Assembly: GCA_965112735.1 (NCBI GenBank)
Contig: OZ218952.1
Location: forward strand, 2,108,001-2,172,000
Length of the DNA: 64,000 nt
Direction: 5' to 3'
Origin: Phaeosaccion multiseriatum
Taxonomy: Eukaryota; Protista; Ochrophyta, other classes
The notes below the pieces were generated by a model. That model saw nothing but the letters and a program-made list of their open reading frames with translations. It made no database searches and was not told the DNA's origin. Each line of letters opens with the position of its first letter. Position 1 is the stretch's first letter. Position numbers and translations under genes: made by a program. Below are positions 36,694-54,700 of the stretch, one piece after another.

Positions 36694-37135
36694 GGCGCCA
36701 GATGTTCTCAGCAGTGTGCTCCTGCCACTGCTGCTGCTGCTGGTACTGCTTGCTCACGCTGTGAGGCGCCGTCCTTGTGGTGGGAGAATGAGCCTGGGGG
36801 GGAAAAGTAAAGTTTTTCGAAGCGCTCGATTTTTCTAATTTCCGAGTTTCGGGAGAGCCTCCTTCCTTTCAAGAGACGTACTGTACCTCGATGTCTATAC
36901 CGCCTCCGCCATGATGAAGCACTCCTTGACTCGGCCAGTGCCCTCAGTAGTCAGTTGAAGAGGTGGCTGGCGGAGGGGAAGAACATCAATAAAGGGAAAA
37001 TCGGGCTCCTCGAGTTTTTCTTCAAGCACCTCGATTTTTCTTCAACCGTTCGAGCAAATCCTTCACGTGAAATCAAATCACATAAAATCCTTGCTTTGAT
37101 AAGGGAAGAGGGAGAGAGAGGGGGGAGTGGGGAGG

Positions 37136-43992
<6,857 letters not shown>

Positions 43993-44412
43993 GCAGATCT
44001 GTGAGCAGCGCGAGGGTCTGAGAGGAGCAGCCCAATGCTCTCAAGGAAGCAATCTCCGGCGCACGCACCCACACATGGCCCTGGACATGCTAGCAGCACA
44101 AGGGGAATTATTATTATTATTCCCACCAAAAAACCTCTCACCATTCGTTGACAGAATGCGTCTCGAACTCAAATAGTGTATCTCAGGCCTCTTGATTTTG
44201 ACACATACCCGTCCCTTCCTTCATAAAGAGATCAGAGGCACCTCTTTTGTCTCTGGTCCCTTCGTCTAATAAAGGACCACCTACTACTCGCACAGGGCCA
44301 ATCCTGCGTGCGATCGATCCCAGCATCCCTCTTTCTCCTTGTTCCTTCCCCTTTTTAACGCGGAAGCCCTGTACACGTAAGCGTCCAAGAGGAGCAAGCA
44401 TCCCTTTCGACG

Positions 44413-46115
44413 ATGATGGTTGAGGACGAGAAAGAGGAGATGCACGTGGTGGGACTCACGGTGGAGGAGGCGAGGACGGGCAATCCCATGCCTCATACGC
44501 TGGAGCTGGACGAGGAGGGAGAGGTGCAGAGGCACAACAATCCCCTGGCCACCCCACCTTCAACGCGAATCACAAGGAGTATCGCGCCCGAAGAGCTCAT
44601 CAACCTCTGCAAGGAGTACGTGACCGCCAAGAGCAGCGACAGCCTTACCCTGGTCCTACGTATTCTCACGATTTTCAACGTGGACCCCAGTCTGGACGTG
44701 GACGCGAGGGACGAGCAGGGCAGATCGGGTCTCCACATTGCGGCCATTCACCACAGCAAGCTGCTCGTGGAGCTCTTGCTGAGCCAGGGAGCTGATATCA
44801 ATGCGCAGGACAACAACGGCAGCTCGGCGCTGCACCTGTGCCGCTCAAAGGATGTGGCTGGAGGGGGCTTCGTCGACTTACTTATCGAGCGGGGTGCAAA
44901 CCTGGAGCAGCGAGACAACGACAACCTCACTGTGAGTCAGCAACTGTTCGCTGTATTCTATCAGCCTCATCTTTGCTTGTCCTGCGTCTGATGGTCTTGC
45001 TGTGGTAGGCTCGACAACCGCCCTCATCAACTACTCACGCTCAGCATGTCAATTACTCAGTCACTCAGTCACTCAGTCACTCGCTCGCTCACTCACTCAC
45101 TCACTCACTCACTCACTCACTCCACTCACTCACTCACTCACTCACTCACTCACTCACTCACTCACTCACTCACTCACTCACTCACTCACTCACTCACTCA
45201 CTCACTCACTCACTCACTCACTCACTCACTCCCTCAATCAATCTCTCTCACTCACTCACTCACTCACTCACTCACTCACTCACTCACTCACTCACTCCCT
45301 CTTCCTCTTTCCCTCCCTCTCTCTCTCCCTCTTTCCCTCCCTCCCTCTCTCCCTCCCTCCCTCCCTCACTCACTCAGTCACTCACTCACTCACCCATTCA
45401 CCTACCCTCCCTCCCCACCCTCCTCTCTCCCACTCTCAGCCCCTGGAGTACCACACGGGTGGGGAGTTCTTGACGTTTGAGGCAATTGTCTGGGCGGGTG
45501 CCAATGTGAATGTGAGGTCAGAGAGGGGCGTGACCCCCCTGCACACCCTCAGCGAGTCCAAGAAGAGGAGTAGCAAGGGGTGGGGCAACAGCAAGAAGAA
45601 GAGCAAGGAGTTTAGAGACCGGATTGCAAGTCAAATCTGCCTACTCCTCGACCGCGGCGCCAACCTTGAGGCCAAGGACGTGCTCGGACGAACGCCGCTG
45701 CACAATGCCATGGTGCGAGGTGTGTGGAACTCCGTGCCCCTCCTCCTCTCGAGGGAGGCGGACTTCCATACCAAGGACAATGAAGGCAACACACCTCTTC
45801 ACTCGGCACTCGAGACCGGTCTGCCGGTGCAGCAGCTGCGTCCTGTGGTCGAGCCCCGTCCGTCGTCAGTGCAAGCCATGAACAAGAAGGGTCTCACTCC
45901 GTTGGACATTGCAGACAGAGGCAACAAGCCCCTCATCGACATGCTCTATGGTGAGCGAGAAGCAAGAGACACACTTCTTGTCCTCCGGTCCCCTCGTTTC
46001 CCTCCCCTGCTCTCCTTCTCCTCCCCTCCTTCTCTTTATCTACACGTGTCTCAATTTAGTATACGAGGAGGAAGCTCTCGCTGTTCTCTGCCCCGCTTGC
46101 TCAGTGTTGTCCCTC

Positions 46116-46157
<42 letters not shown>

Positions 46158-46843
46158 TCTCCCTTCGTGCAGGCGCTGACCGACAGTACCGCGAGTCCGT
46201 GCACACAGGGCTCGCAGACAAAGTGACAACCAAGCACAGTCCTATCCCCGCAACCGTCGTCAGCTCCAGCCCCACCCGTCTGCTCAGCACTGACGTAGTC
46301 CCCGTCACCGTGCGTCATGTGTGCCTCATCAGCATGGAGCCCATATCTACTCTCTGCTACCTTGCCCCTTGCGGTCACGGGCCTTTCAGCGAAGAGGTGG
46401 CTGCGAGGATCATGGCGATTGGTATCTGCCCGGTGGGTAAGGAGCGTATCAGCGGCTGTCATAAGGTGTTCGGCGGCAGTAACGGTGACCCCTCATCGCC
46501 CTTGGGCGGCGACCTGATTGTGATGGATGGGGAAAGCTTGGCACAAGGAGATTTGATTCGGTTGGAGGAGGGGGAGTCGGCCAGTCAGTCAGACGGATCT
46601 ACGACCGAGGATGTGGCAGACGTTGCAGGGCGCGATACTTTCACGGAGGACGAGGGGGAGGAGGAGGAGGAGGAGGGGGAGGAGGAGGGAGAGAGCACGG
46701 AAGAGGATAGTGACGCCGACGACGACAGCGGGGAAAGCGATGGGGAGAGTGAGACCGGCAGCGAGGCGGAGGGGAGCGTGGCGGGCAGCCAGGTCAGCGA
46801 AACATCAACCGTGGAAGGAATGACCCCCAGAAGAATCGAGTAA
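44413..46843 (+). CDS. Ankyrin-repeat protein with a degenerate C-terminal RING/U-box-like domain and an acidic tail, 3 exons
   Basis: Exons ~44413-44930, 45440-45949 and 46173-46843. ANK motifs GRSGLHIAA, GSSALH, GVTPLH, GRTPLHNA, GNTPLHSA and GLTPLDIA, then CLISMEP...PCGH...CPVGKERI...KVF. Confidence 0.82.
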
Positions 46844-47354
46844 GGGGTGTGTATTAAGTTGAATGAGTGAGTTGTTTGGTTGGTTGGCAAGCTGGCTGAG
46901 GGCAAGGAGTTGTAGAAATTATGGATGGATGGATGGATGGATGGATGGATGGATGTTTTGAGCAAGGAGTGCACAATGGCATACGGTAGAGTGTTTTTAT
47001 AGGAGACTGTTCAATGCTTACGCGGTAAACAAGCCTTTAATTTTCTTTTTTAATTGTAAAATTAAAGAAGAACATTAATTTTAATTAAAAAATAAGAATG
47101 AAAGAAAGGAGAGAACGATGTTGACTGTCCGTCTACCAAGCTGCCAGACTGTCATGCCGCTACATTCTTCTGCTGGGGAGGGGGCATGAGCACTCTCTGC
47201 CCCAGCCTCTGTCCCACTGAGAGAGAGGAGAGAGGGAGGGAGAGATGGAGAGCGGAGCCGAAGAGGGAGGGGGGGAGAGAGAGAAAGAATAAGAACCGGC
47301 TAATGTCAGAGAGCGGAGAGGGAGGGAGGGGGAGAGAAAGTACGAAAGTACCAG

Positions 47355-47430
47355 CTAATGTCGACGATGTCAAGCCGCGTCTCGCAGCAAGGGAACATTT
47401 CGCATGCAGACTGCCCTGGACCTGATGCGC
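47355..47430 (+). pseudogene. Relic of the C-terminal tail of the ankyrin family (copies 1 and 2)
   Basis: gcaagggaacatttcgcat-gcagactgccctggacctgatgcgc matches 24701 gcaagggagcactttgcatcgcagactgccctggacctgatgcgc; gatgtcaagc-gcg matches 11889. Confidence 0.75.
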
Positions 47431-47516
47431 CAACTGCTCATTACCGTTTTAGTGACTTAGCAACATCGTGCCGGCTCAGTACGCGATTCCTCTACAGTTG
47501 TACAGTCAGGCAATAA

Positions 47517-47858
47517 ATACCCGAGACCCGCAAGGAGGGGCACCATACTGGCACCTACGACCGAGAGCGTGCTCGCCTCACCACCTTCGCCATCGAGACA
47601 CACGGACGACTCGGCGCACAGGCGCAATCGCTCCTACACGCACTCGCCGAGCACGTGGTCTCCCGCACGGGCCGCATTGGCTCCTCCACCACCAAGGGCC
47701 ACGTCCTGACCAGGCTTCGCCGTCTCGTCAGCTGCAGCCACCAGATGTGGCTCTCGGAGCGAGGGCGCGCCTTCCTGGGTCGGCTCAACCGCGGTGCTGG
47801 TCCTGCACCTCCCCTCCCCGACCAAGAGGGAAAGTAACTGGCCCCTCGAGGAGACACA

Positions 47859-47924
<66 letters not shown>

Positions 47925-47932
47925 CACACACA
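47517..47932 (+). mobile_element. 5'-truncated RLE-type (CRE/R2-like) non-LTR retrotransposon 3' end followed by a (CA)n tract
   Basis: Open frame 47517-47837: PETRKEGHHTGTYDRERARLTTFAIETHGRLGAQAQSLLHALAEHV...LRRLVSCSHQ. It resembles the E..K..Y / FA.E..G..G..A / R.LS..LQ tail of restriction-like endonuclease domains. (CA)n runs ~47856-47932. Confidence 0.7.
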
Positions 47933-48016
47933 ATCAACCTTCAGTTTCTTAAGGTGATTCGTATTAAGTCAACAAAGCCGCCCGCGCGCGGCCGCGCGCG
48001 GCCCGGCCGCATAGAC

Positions 48017-48620
48017 TTTTTTTTTAACACTCCGTTTGCGTAAAAATCGCCCAAATCGCCCGATTTCCGGCGAAAAACAGTTTTCGCGCATTTGCAGAGA
48101 AATGACGCTGGGAGAAGCGCTATAGCTCTTCGTGTAGCTCTTTGAGATGCCTACCGATCCATAGTCTTTCGGCTTTCATCGCCTCTTCCCTTCCGTAGTT
48201 GTCAGCATTTCCGCAGCAGCACCCCCTTCCCGCGGGGGGGAGAAGGGGGATGTGCACGCCACGGAAATCGCTCATGGGCAGCTTGCCCGCCCTTCTGCAA
48301 GAGAACAGGCGCAGCGCTATGGCAGCTAGCCACAGTGGAGCAGCAGCAGGACCCTTGGCAAGCCTGGTGCGATTTCCGTGACGTGCACATCCCCCGTCCC
48401 CCCCCCCGCGGGAAGGGGGTGCTGCTGCGGAAATGCTGACAACTACGGAAGGGAAGAGGCGTTGAAAGCCGAAAGACTATGTGTCGGTAGGCATCTCAAA
48501 GAGCTACACGAAGAGCTATAGCACTCCTCCCAGCGTCATTTCTCTGCAAATGCGCGAAAACTGTTTTTCTAAAAATTTGGGCGATTTTTACGCAAACGGA
48601 GTGTTAAAATAAAAAAAAAA
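48017..48620. mobile_element. Foldback / long-TIR non-autonomous DNA element: ~250-bp inverted arms, ~100-bp spacer
   Basis: Arm 48017-48271 (ttttaacactccgtttgcgtaaaaatcgcccaaat...cacggaaatcgc) is the near-perfect reverse complement of 48369-48620 (gcgatttccgtg...atttgggcgatttttacgcaaacggagtgttaaaa). No coding capacity and no clear TSD. Confidence 0.85.
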
Positions 48621-48700
48621 GCACCAACAATGCTGATGAGAGCAATGTCGTTGAGGGGGGTGGCCAGAACCTACTACTCCTCTTGTATTGGTAGGAATAG

Positions 48701-50713
48701 AAGAGGACGCGCAGTAGTAGAAGAACGGCGTGCCGATTCTTCTCTAATGGGGGAAGTGACAAGTCGAGACAGACACGGCTTAAGAGGGAGATCCAAGGTT
48801 TGGGGAGGAGCAAGGATTGGAAGAGGGTTGCACCCACTCTGGAGCGCGCACGGCGAGAGGGCCTCAAGCCCAATTTGTACTCTTTCAATGCTGCTATTTC
48901 CGCCATTGGGAAGTGCGGGCGGTGGAAGGGCGCTTTGGCTCTCTTGGCAGAGATGAAGGAGGAAGGCATCAGGCCAGACGTGATCAGCTACAATGCCACC
49001 ATTAACGCATGCGCCAGGGCCCGCCAACATGTGGAGGCAATGCGTTTACTGAGGGAGATGAAGGCACAAGGACTCGCTCCGGATAAAATCAGCTACAATG
49101 CCACCATTAATGCATGTGCCAGAGCCAACCAACACGTGGAGGCAATGGGTTTACTGAGGGAGATGAAGGCACAAGGACTCGCTCCAGATGAAATCAGCTA
49201 CAGCGCCACCATTAATGCATGCGCCAGGGCCAGCAAACATGTGGAGGCAATGGGGTTCCTGAGGGAGATGAAGGCAGAAGGACTCGCTCTTGACGAAATC
49301 AGCTACAACTCCACCATTAATGCATGCGCCAGAGCCAAGCAACACGTGGAGGCAATGCGTTTACTGAGGGAGATGAAGGCACAAGGACTCGCTCCGGATG
49401 AAATCAGCTACAGCGCCACCATTAATGCATGCGCCAGAGCCAGCCAACACGTGGAGGCAATGGGTTTACTGAGGGAGATGAAGGCACAAGGACTCGCTCC
49501 GAATGAAATCAGCTACAGCGCCACCATTAATGCATGCGCCAGGGCCAGCCAACACGTGGAGGCAATGGGTTTACTGAGGGAGATGAAGGCACAAGGACTT
49601 GCTCCGGATGAAATCAGCTACAGCGCCACCATTAATGCATGCGCCAGGGCCAGCCAACACGTGGAGGCAATGGATTTACTGAGGGAGATGAAGGCACAAG
49701 GACTCGCTCCGGATGAAATCAGCTACAGCGCCACCATTAATGCATGCGCCAGGGCCGGCCAACACGTGGAGGCCATGGGTTCACTGAGGGAGATGAAGGC
49801 AGAAGGACTCGCTCCGGATGAAATCAGCTACAGCGCCACCATCAATGCATGCGCCAGAGCCAGCCAACACGTGGAGGCAATGGGTTTACTGAGGGAGATG
49901 AAGGCACAAGGACTCGCTCCGAATGAAATCAGCTACAGCGCCACCATTAATGCATGCGCCAGAGCCAGCCAACACGTGGAGGCAATGGGTTTACTGAGGG
50001 AGATGAAGGCAGAAGGACTCTCTCCGGATGAAATCAGCTACAACTCTACCATTAATGCATGCGCCAGGGCCAGCCAACACGTGGAGGCAATGGATTTACT
50101 GAGGGAGATGAAGGCAGAAGGACTCACTCCCAATGCAATCAGCTACAACTCTACCATTAATGCATGCGCCAGGGCCAGCCAACACGTGGAGGCAATGGGT
50201 TTACTGAGGGAGATGAAGGCAGAAGGGCTTTCTCCCAATGAAATCAGCTTCAACGCCACCATTGACGCGTGCGCCAAGGCCAACCAACACGTGAAGGCAA
50301 TGTGTTTACTGAGGGAGATTAAGGCAGAAGGATTCACTCCCAACGTAATCAGTTACAGCGCCGTTATTGATGCTCTGCAGGAGGGAGGAGACGAGGAGGC
50401 TGCTGACGAGCTGTACACACAGGCCGTATCGCAGGGGGTCTTCAATCACTGGGAGAGAGGGGGGCAGGAGATGGACTTGCACGACTTCACCAGGGGAACG
50501 AGCAAGGCAGCGCTTCGTCACGTGCTCTCAGAGGCGAAGGTGGGGGCTGAGATCCAGGTTATCACAGGCCGAGGCCAAGGCAGTGAGGACGGCGTCAGCG
50601 TTCTTAAGCCTGCGGTTCTGGCCTACTTGCAGGAGAGGCCGGGCGTCGAAGTATGGGAAAACGAACTCAACCCGGGGAGGGTGGTGATGCGGGTCAGTGG
50701 AGAACGGCAGTAA
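48701..50713 (+). CDS. Intronless PPR-SMR protein, copy 3: 14 near-identical PPR repeats, one degenerate repeat and a C-terminal Smr/MutS2 nuclease domain; start unresolved
   Basis: Repeats EISYSATINACARASQHVEAMGLLREMKAQGLAPD; SMR motifs MDLHDF, VITGRGQGS, LKPAVLAYL and NPGRV. The frame is open from 48701 (KREIQGLGRSKDW is homologous to KEIQRLGNNRDW of copy 2). Confidence 0.93.
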   Translation, partial: KRTRSSRRTACRFFSNGGSDKSRQTRLKREIQGLGRSKDWKRVAPTLERARREGLKPNLYSFNAAISAIGKCGRWKGALALLAEMKEEGIRPDVISYNATINACARARQHVEAMRLLREMKAQGLAPDKISYNATINACARANQHVEAMGLLREMKAQGLAPDEISYSATINACARASKHVEAMGFLREMKAEGLALDEISYNSTINACARAKQHVEAMRLLREMKAQGLAPDEISYSATINACARASQHVEAMGLLREMKAQGLAPNEISYSATINACARASQHVEAMGLLREMKAQGLAPDEISYSATINACARASQHVEAMDLLREMKAQGLAPDEISYSATINACARAGQHVEAMGSLREMKAEGLAPDEISYSATINACARASQHVEAMGLLREMKAQGLAPNEISYSATINACARASQHVEAMGLLREMKAEGLSPDEISYNSTINACARASQHVEAMDLLREMKAEGLTPNAISYNSTINACARASQHVEAMGLLREMKAEGLSPNEISFNATIDACAKANQHVKAMCLLREIKAEGFTPNVISYSAVIDALQEGGDEEAADELYTQAVSQGVFNHWERGGQEMDLHDFTRGTSKAALRHVLSEAKVGAEIQVITGRGQGSEDGVSVLKPAVLAYLQERPGVEVWENELNPGRVVMRVSGERQ

Positions 50714-51068
50714 GGGGGATGGAATTCTGGCTTGCTTTATCAACTTTCTTTCAATCCACCTCTTTCTTGTAATTGAATAAATTGATTGGGTGTCCTTTTA
50801 TTACTCACGCACTCCGTTCCTCACGCACTCGTCCCAGCCCCCCCCCCCCCCCCACATAGTTTTGACGCGATTCCTTAATTCAAAGAATGTCCCTCACGCA
50901 CTCAGCAGCAGCAGGGGCTTCCCTCCTCGCACGTGTGCGCTTCCAGCAGCACAAGCCGCTTGGCGGTGGCCTGGCCCTCACAAATGGCGGTGGCCTGGCC
51001 CTCACAGATCACTTGCTCTACTCGAGCGAGGTCCTTGTGCACAGGACTATGGGATTATGGCGGGTGGA

Positions 51069-51099
<31 letters not shown>

Positions 51100-51227
51100 A
51101 ACATACATCACGCGTTGGTACTACGACCAAACTCTGTTTGGCACAGCACGCGTTGGTACTCCATGCATTGGATGCGAGAGAGGGTACGGAGGGAGGGTCA
51201 AAGTTCATATATATATTACACCCTTAA

Positions 51228-51653
51228 GTGCCATCTATGGTTGTCTAAAAGTAATGTCTCACCGCCCCGGGGAACTTAGCCCTCGAGGTCGTGTCCCTCT
51301 GACTTATCAGTTCTCCCCATTGGAACAAAGTTGATACCAGCCAGGATCCTGTGTCGAACCGATCGTTCGTGTCGGGCCCGCTGGAGCGCTACGGCTAATC
51401 GTCGCCGAATGACGCAAACAGCTCTCGCATAAGCCCTCGTGTCCAGATGTTCGTGCCCCCCAGCCATGTGGGTGGCGAGTGTTTTAATAAACATCTGAGC
51501 AGAAGGACCAAATGCGCCTTGCTGTTCTAGTGCGAAAGGGACAAGGTGGTACCGCGTGGGGTCATAGTGGATGTCCCCACCCTGGCCTTCCATGTCTACC
51601 TGTGGCACCCCATACCTGGTCCGCTTGGTCGCTTCAGCCTTCTTGGCTGTCAA
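51228..51653 (-). mobile_element. 5'-truncated RLE-type (CRE/R2-like) non-LTR retrotransposon 3' end with 3'UTR
   Basis: ORF 51276..51653: AKKAEATKRTRY...YHLVPFALEQQGAFGPSAQMFIKTLA...IRRRLAVALQRA, a typical RLE C-terminus. Its 3'UTR is also present at 23180. Confidence 0.78.
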
Positions 51654-51781
51654 AGTTCAGCTAGGTCGTAGAACCAACTGTTGGACCTGTGAGTCAGTCG
51701 GACCAACCTTTCCCTCCGCCACGAATACCGTCTTGCCTTGCCCCTCCTCTTCGCTTCCTGAGACAGCAGGAAAGGGGCGGC

Positions 51782-54700
51782 ATGAGCCACCATAGCACCG
51801 CCGTTCTCTTGCTCCTGCTCCTCCCTTCCTTCTCCACCGCCTTTACGACTGTCGCTCCCAGGGCGAGGAGTGGCACCATCATCAGCTCGAGATCGAGGAC
51901 ATCATGTCACGTTAGTAGCAGCAGCAGCAGCAGGGGTGTTAGAAGGATATCTTTCGCCGGTGAATCTAATAGGAGGCCACGATGTCAAAGCCAGGACTCG
52001 ACTACCCAGTTGAGGGTGAGCAGTCAGGCTACTCTGACTCCGGACGAGCAGGCCATTGTTGATGCCGCTGCTGCTGCGGAGCGAACCAGCGGTACGAAGG
52101 AGCTGCTGAGGGCCGAAGGACTTTCCAACACTTTCGACGGGGAGAGATGGCAATTTCAGGGTAAGAGGGCCGGGTAGAGGGAGACATGAAAGAGGGGAGG
52201 AGCCGAGGGGGGAGGGAGAGAAGGAGAGAGGGGAGAGAAGGAAGGAGACAGAGATGAGAGAAGTACGAGAGAAAAAGATAAAGAGCGTAGTAAGACACTG
52301 CTATAGGAGGGGGAGGTGGTGGTGCTGAGAGGGAGAGAAGCCGAATAAGACAAGAGGCCCCACCCAACCTTACAACTCTTTCCCCCTCCCTATGTCTTGT
52401 GGCACGCCTATCCTCCCCCAGATATCACATTCAACATCTGCGAGGGACAGAAGCTTGGCCTGGTGGGCGTGAACGGATGCGGCAAGAGCACCCTCCTTAA
52501 GGTAGTACCGATGACTCGGATCCCGTCCAATGGGATGGTCTTTCTTTGAAGGGTGGAAACAGGAAAAAGGGAGAATGCTCGGGAGAATGTTGAGCGATCC
52601 CTCCTCTGAGATCTGAGAGCAACTCCCCCCCCCCCCTCCTCCGCCAGGCTCTGGCGGGCATCGAGCTCATCGACCAAGGAAAGGTGGAGACCCCCAAGGA
52701 GACATCAATCGTCTATGTCGAGCAGGACCCCGTGTTCGAACCCGGTGCCACCGTTAGCGACGTTGTGTACGGCTCCGATACGCCCATTCTCAGGGCAGTC
52801 AAGCAGTACCAGGTAAAACGGGTGTCAGGACAGAGGGTGGGTGGGTGCGTGCGTGTGTGTGTATGGGTTGGTGAGTAGGTGGGTGCGTGCGTGGGTGGGT
52901 GGTACACGGTACTGCCCTTTTCCCCTACCTTTGCTCTTATCCTTACGCTTACGTAAGTATCTTCCCCTTACGTAAGCCTTACGTAACCCTTACCCTATCC
53001 TCCGTTCGTCACCCTTCCCCTTACTTTCACCACTGCCCTTGGCTTGAGCAGGAGGCTGCTGAGGCCCTTGGAGCAGGGGAGGATGGAGCCATGGGCAGGT
53101 TTGAAAAGGCTTCAGAGAAGATGGACGCCGTCAATGGGTGGGACATGGAGACGTATGCAGAGAGGGTCATGACGCAGCTTCATGTACTGCACATGCAGGA
53201 GCAGCAGGTAGCGAGGGGGGATGGCAGTGGATGTGGTGGGATATGGCAGTGGATTCAGTGGGGTATGGGGAGAGAAGTCGCAGTCACGTGCGCACACACA
53301 CTCACGCATGACTGACTTCCCGAAAAGTAGAGCATCCCTCCCAGAGGCCCACTGATTGCTTGTGGCTGTGCCTCTCTCTCTCTATGTCCACAACCCCCCC
53401 TCTCTCCTCTCTCGACTCGCCTCTCCCAGGTGGACAGTCTGAGTGGAGGGGAGAGGAAGCGAGTAGCTCTGGCATCTGCGCTAATGCAGCAACCCTCTAT
53501 CCTCATCTTAGACGAGCCTACCAACCACCTCGGTGAGTGAGGGATGGCAGTGGAGGGGGACAGGGGGGGTGGCAGTAGATGGGAGGGAGGTGTTTGTAGC
53601 AGTAGTGCTAGTAGTAGTTAGCAGTAGTAGTAGTAGTAGTAGGAGGAGGAGGAATTCTTTCTCTCACTCCCTCTCCCTCGCCCCCGCTCTCTCCCTCACT
53701 CTCCCCCCACCTCTCCCCCTCCTCCCCTCTCTCCCTCTCTCTCTCTCCCTCTCTCTCTCCCTCTCTCTCCCTCTCTCTCTCTTCTCGCTCCCTCCTCAGA
53801 TTTCTTTGCCATTGACTGGCTGGAGAAGCTTCTCACCGCAGACTCTAGAAGCACGTGCCTCGTTGTGAGCCACGACAGGTAAGTAAGACTACTTAAGGCA
53901 GACACAGCCCCCGCTGGCTGTGTTGTTGTATTGCATTGCAGCCTTTCCGCTTTCTCTGCCCCTCTCCTCTCTCCTCTCTCCCCTCCTCTCCTCTGTCCCC
54001 TCCTCTCCTCTCTCCCCTCCTCTCCTCTCTCCCCTCCTCTCCCCTCTCCCCTGCTCTCCTCTCTCCCCTCCTCTCCTCTTTCCCCTCCTCTCCTCTTTCC
54101 CCTCCTCTCCTCTCTCCCCTCCTCTCCCCTCTCCCCTCCTCTCTCCCCTCCTCTCCTCTCTCCCCTCCTCTCCTCTATCCCCTCCTCTCCCCTCTCCTCT
54201 TTCCTCTCCCCTCTCCCCTCCTCTCCTCTCTCCCCTCCCCTCCTCTCTCCTCTCCTCTCCTCTCCTCTCCTCTCGCCCATCCCAACCACCCATCCACTTC
54301 CTACCCGTATGCCCGTGCCCATGCCCTGCCATCCCTCGGACCCCAGGTACTTCCTGGATAACGTGTGTCAGGAGATCCTAGAGCTCGACACAGGCAAGCT
54401 CTTCCGCTATCAGGGCTCCTACGAAAAGTACCTCGAAGGTGAGTGTCGGGACTTCATACAGGGTGTCAGGTGTCTGTGGTACTCAGTACCAGGTGTCGGG
54501 TAGAAGCAGAGCAGTCAGTGGTGGCAGAGAGGGGGCTTCTTGACAAGACAAGACGATGATGACTACACCTTACAAGTGGGAATCTCAGCGAGCGGGTCTG
54601 TAGTGGACTCCGCTTTGAACTCAAATTCAGGTCCAAGTCCCTCTTACAAAGAGGGGTAGGCTGAGTCTTTGTCGGTTTTGGTAGTGGCGAGTGGAACGCG

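Noticed and set aside
48980-50345. DGR-like adenine mutagenesis driving the A/G toggles at PPR code codons
   Set aside because: No template repeat or reverse transcriptase in the window; ordinary transitions plus recombination explain it.
47949-50878. TTAA-flanked (Kolobok/piggyBac-like) transposon carrying the PPR-SMR gene
   Set aside because: ttaaggtgattcg and cgattccttaa match only loosely, so no convincing terminal inverted repeat pair.
50890-51100. Possible third degraded RLE end before a (GA)n tract
   Set aside because: Only a faint LAVA-like match; not supportable by eye.
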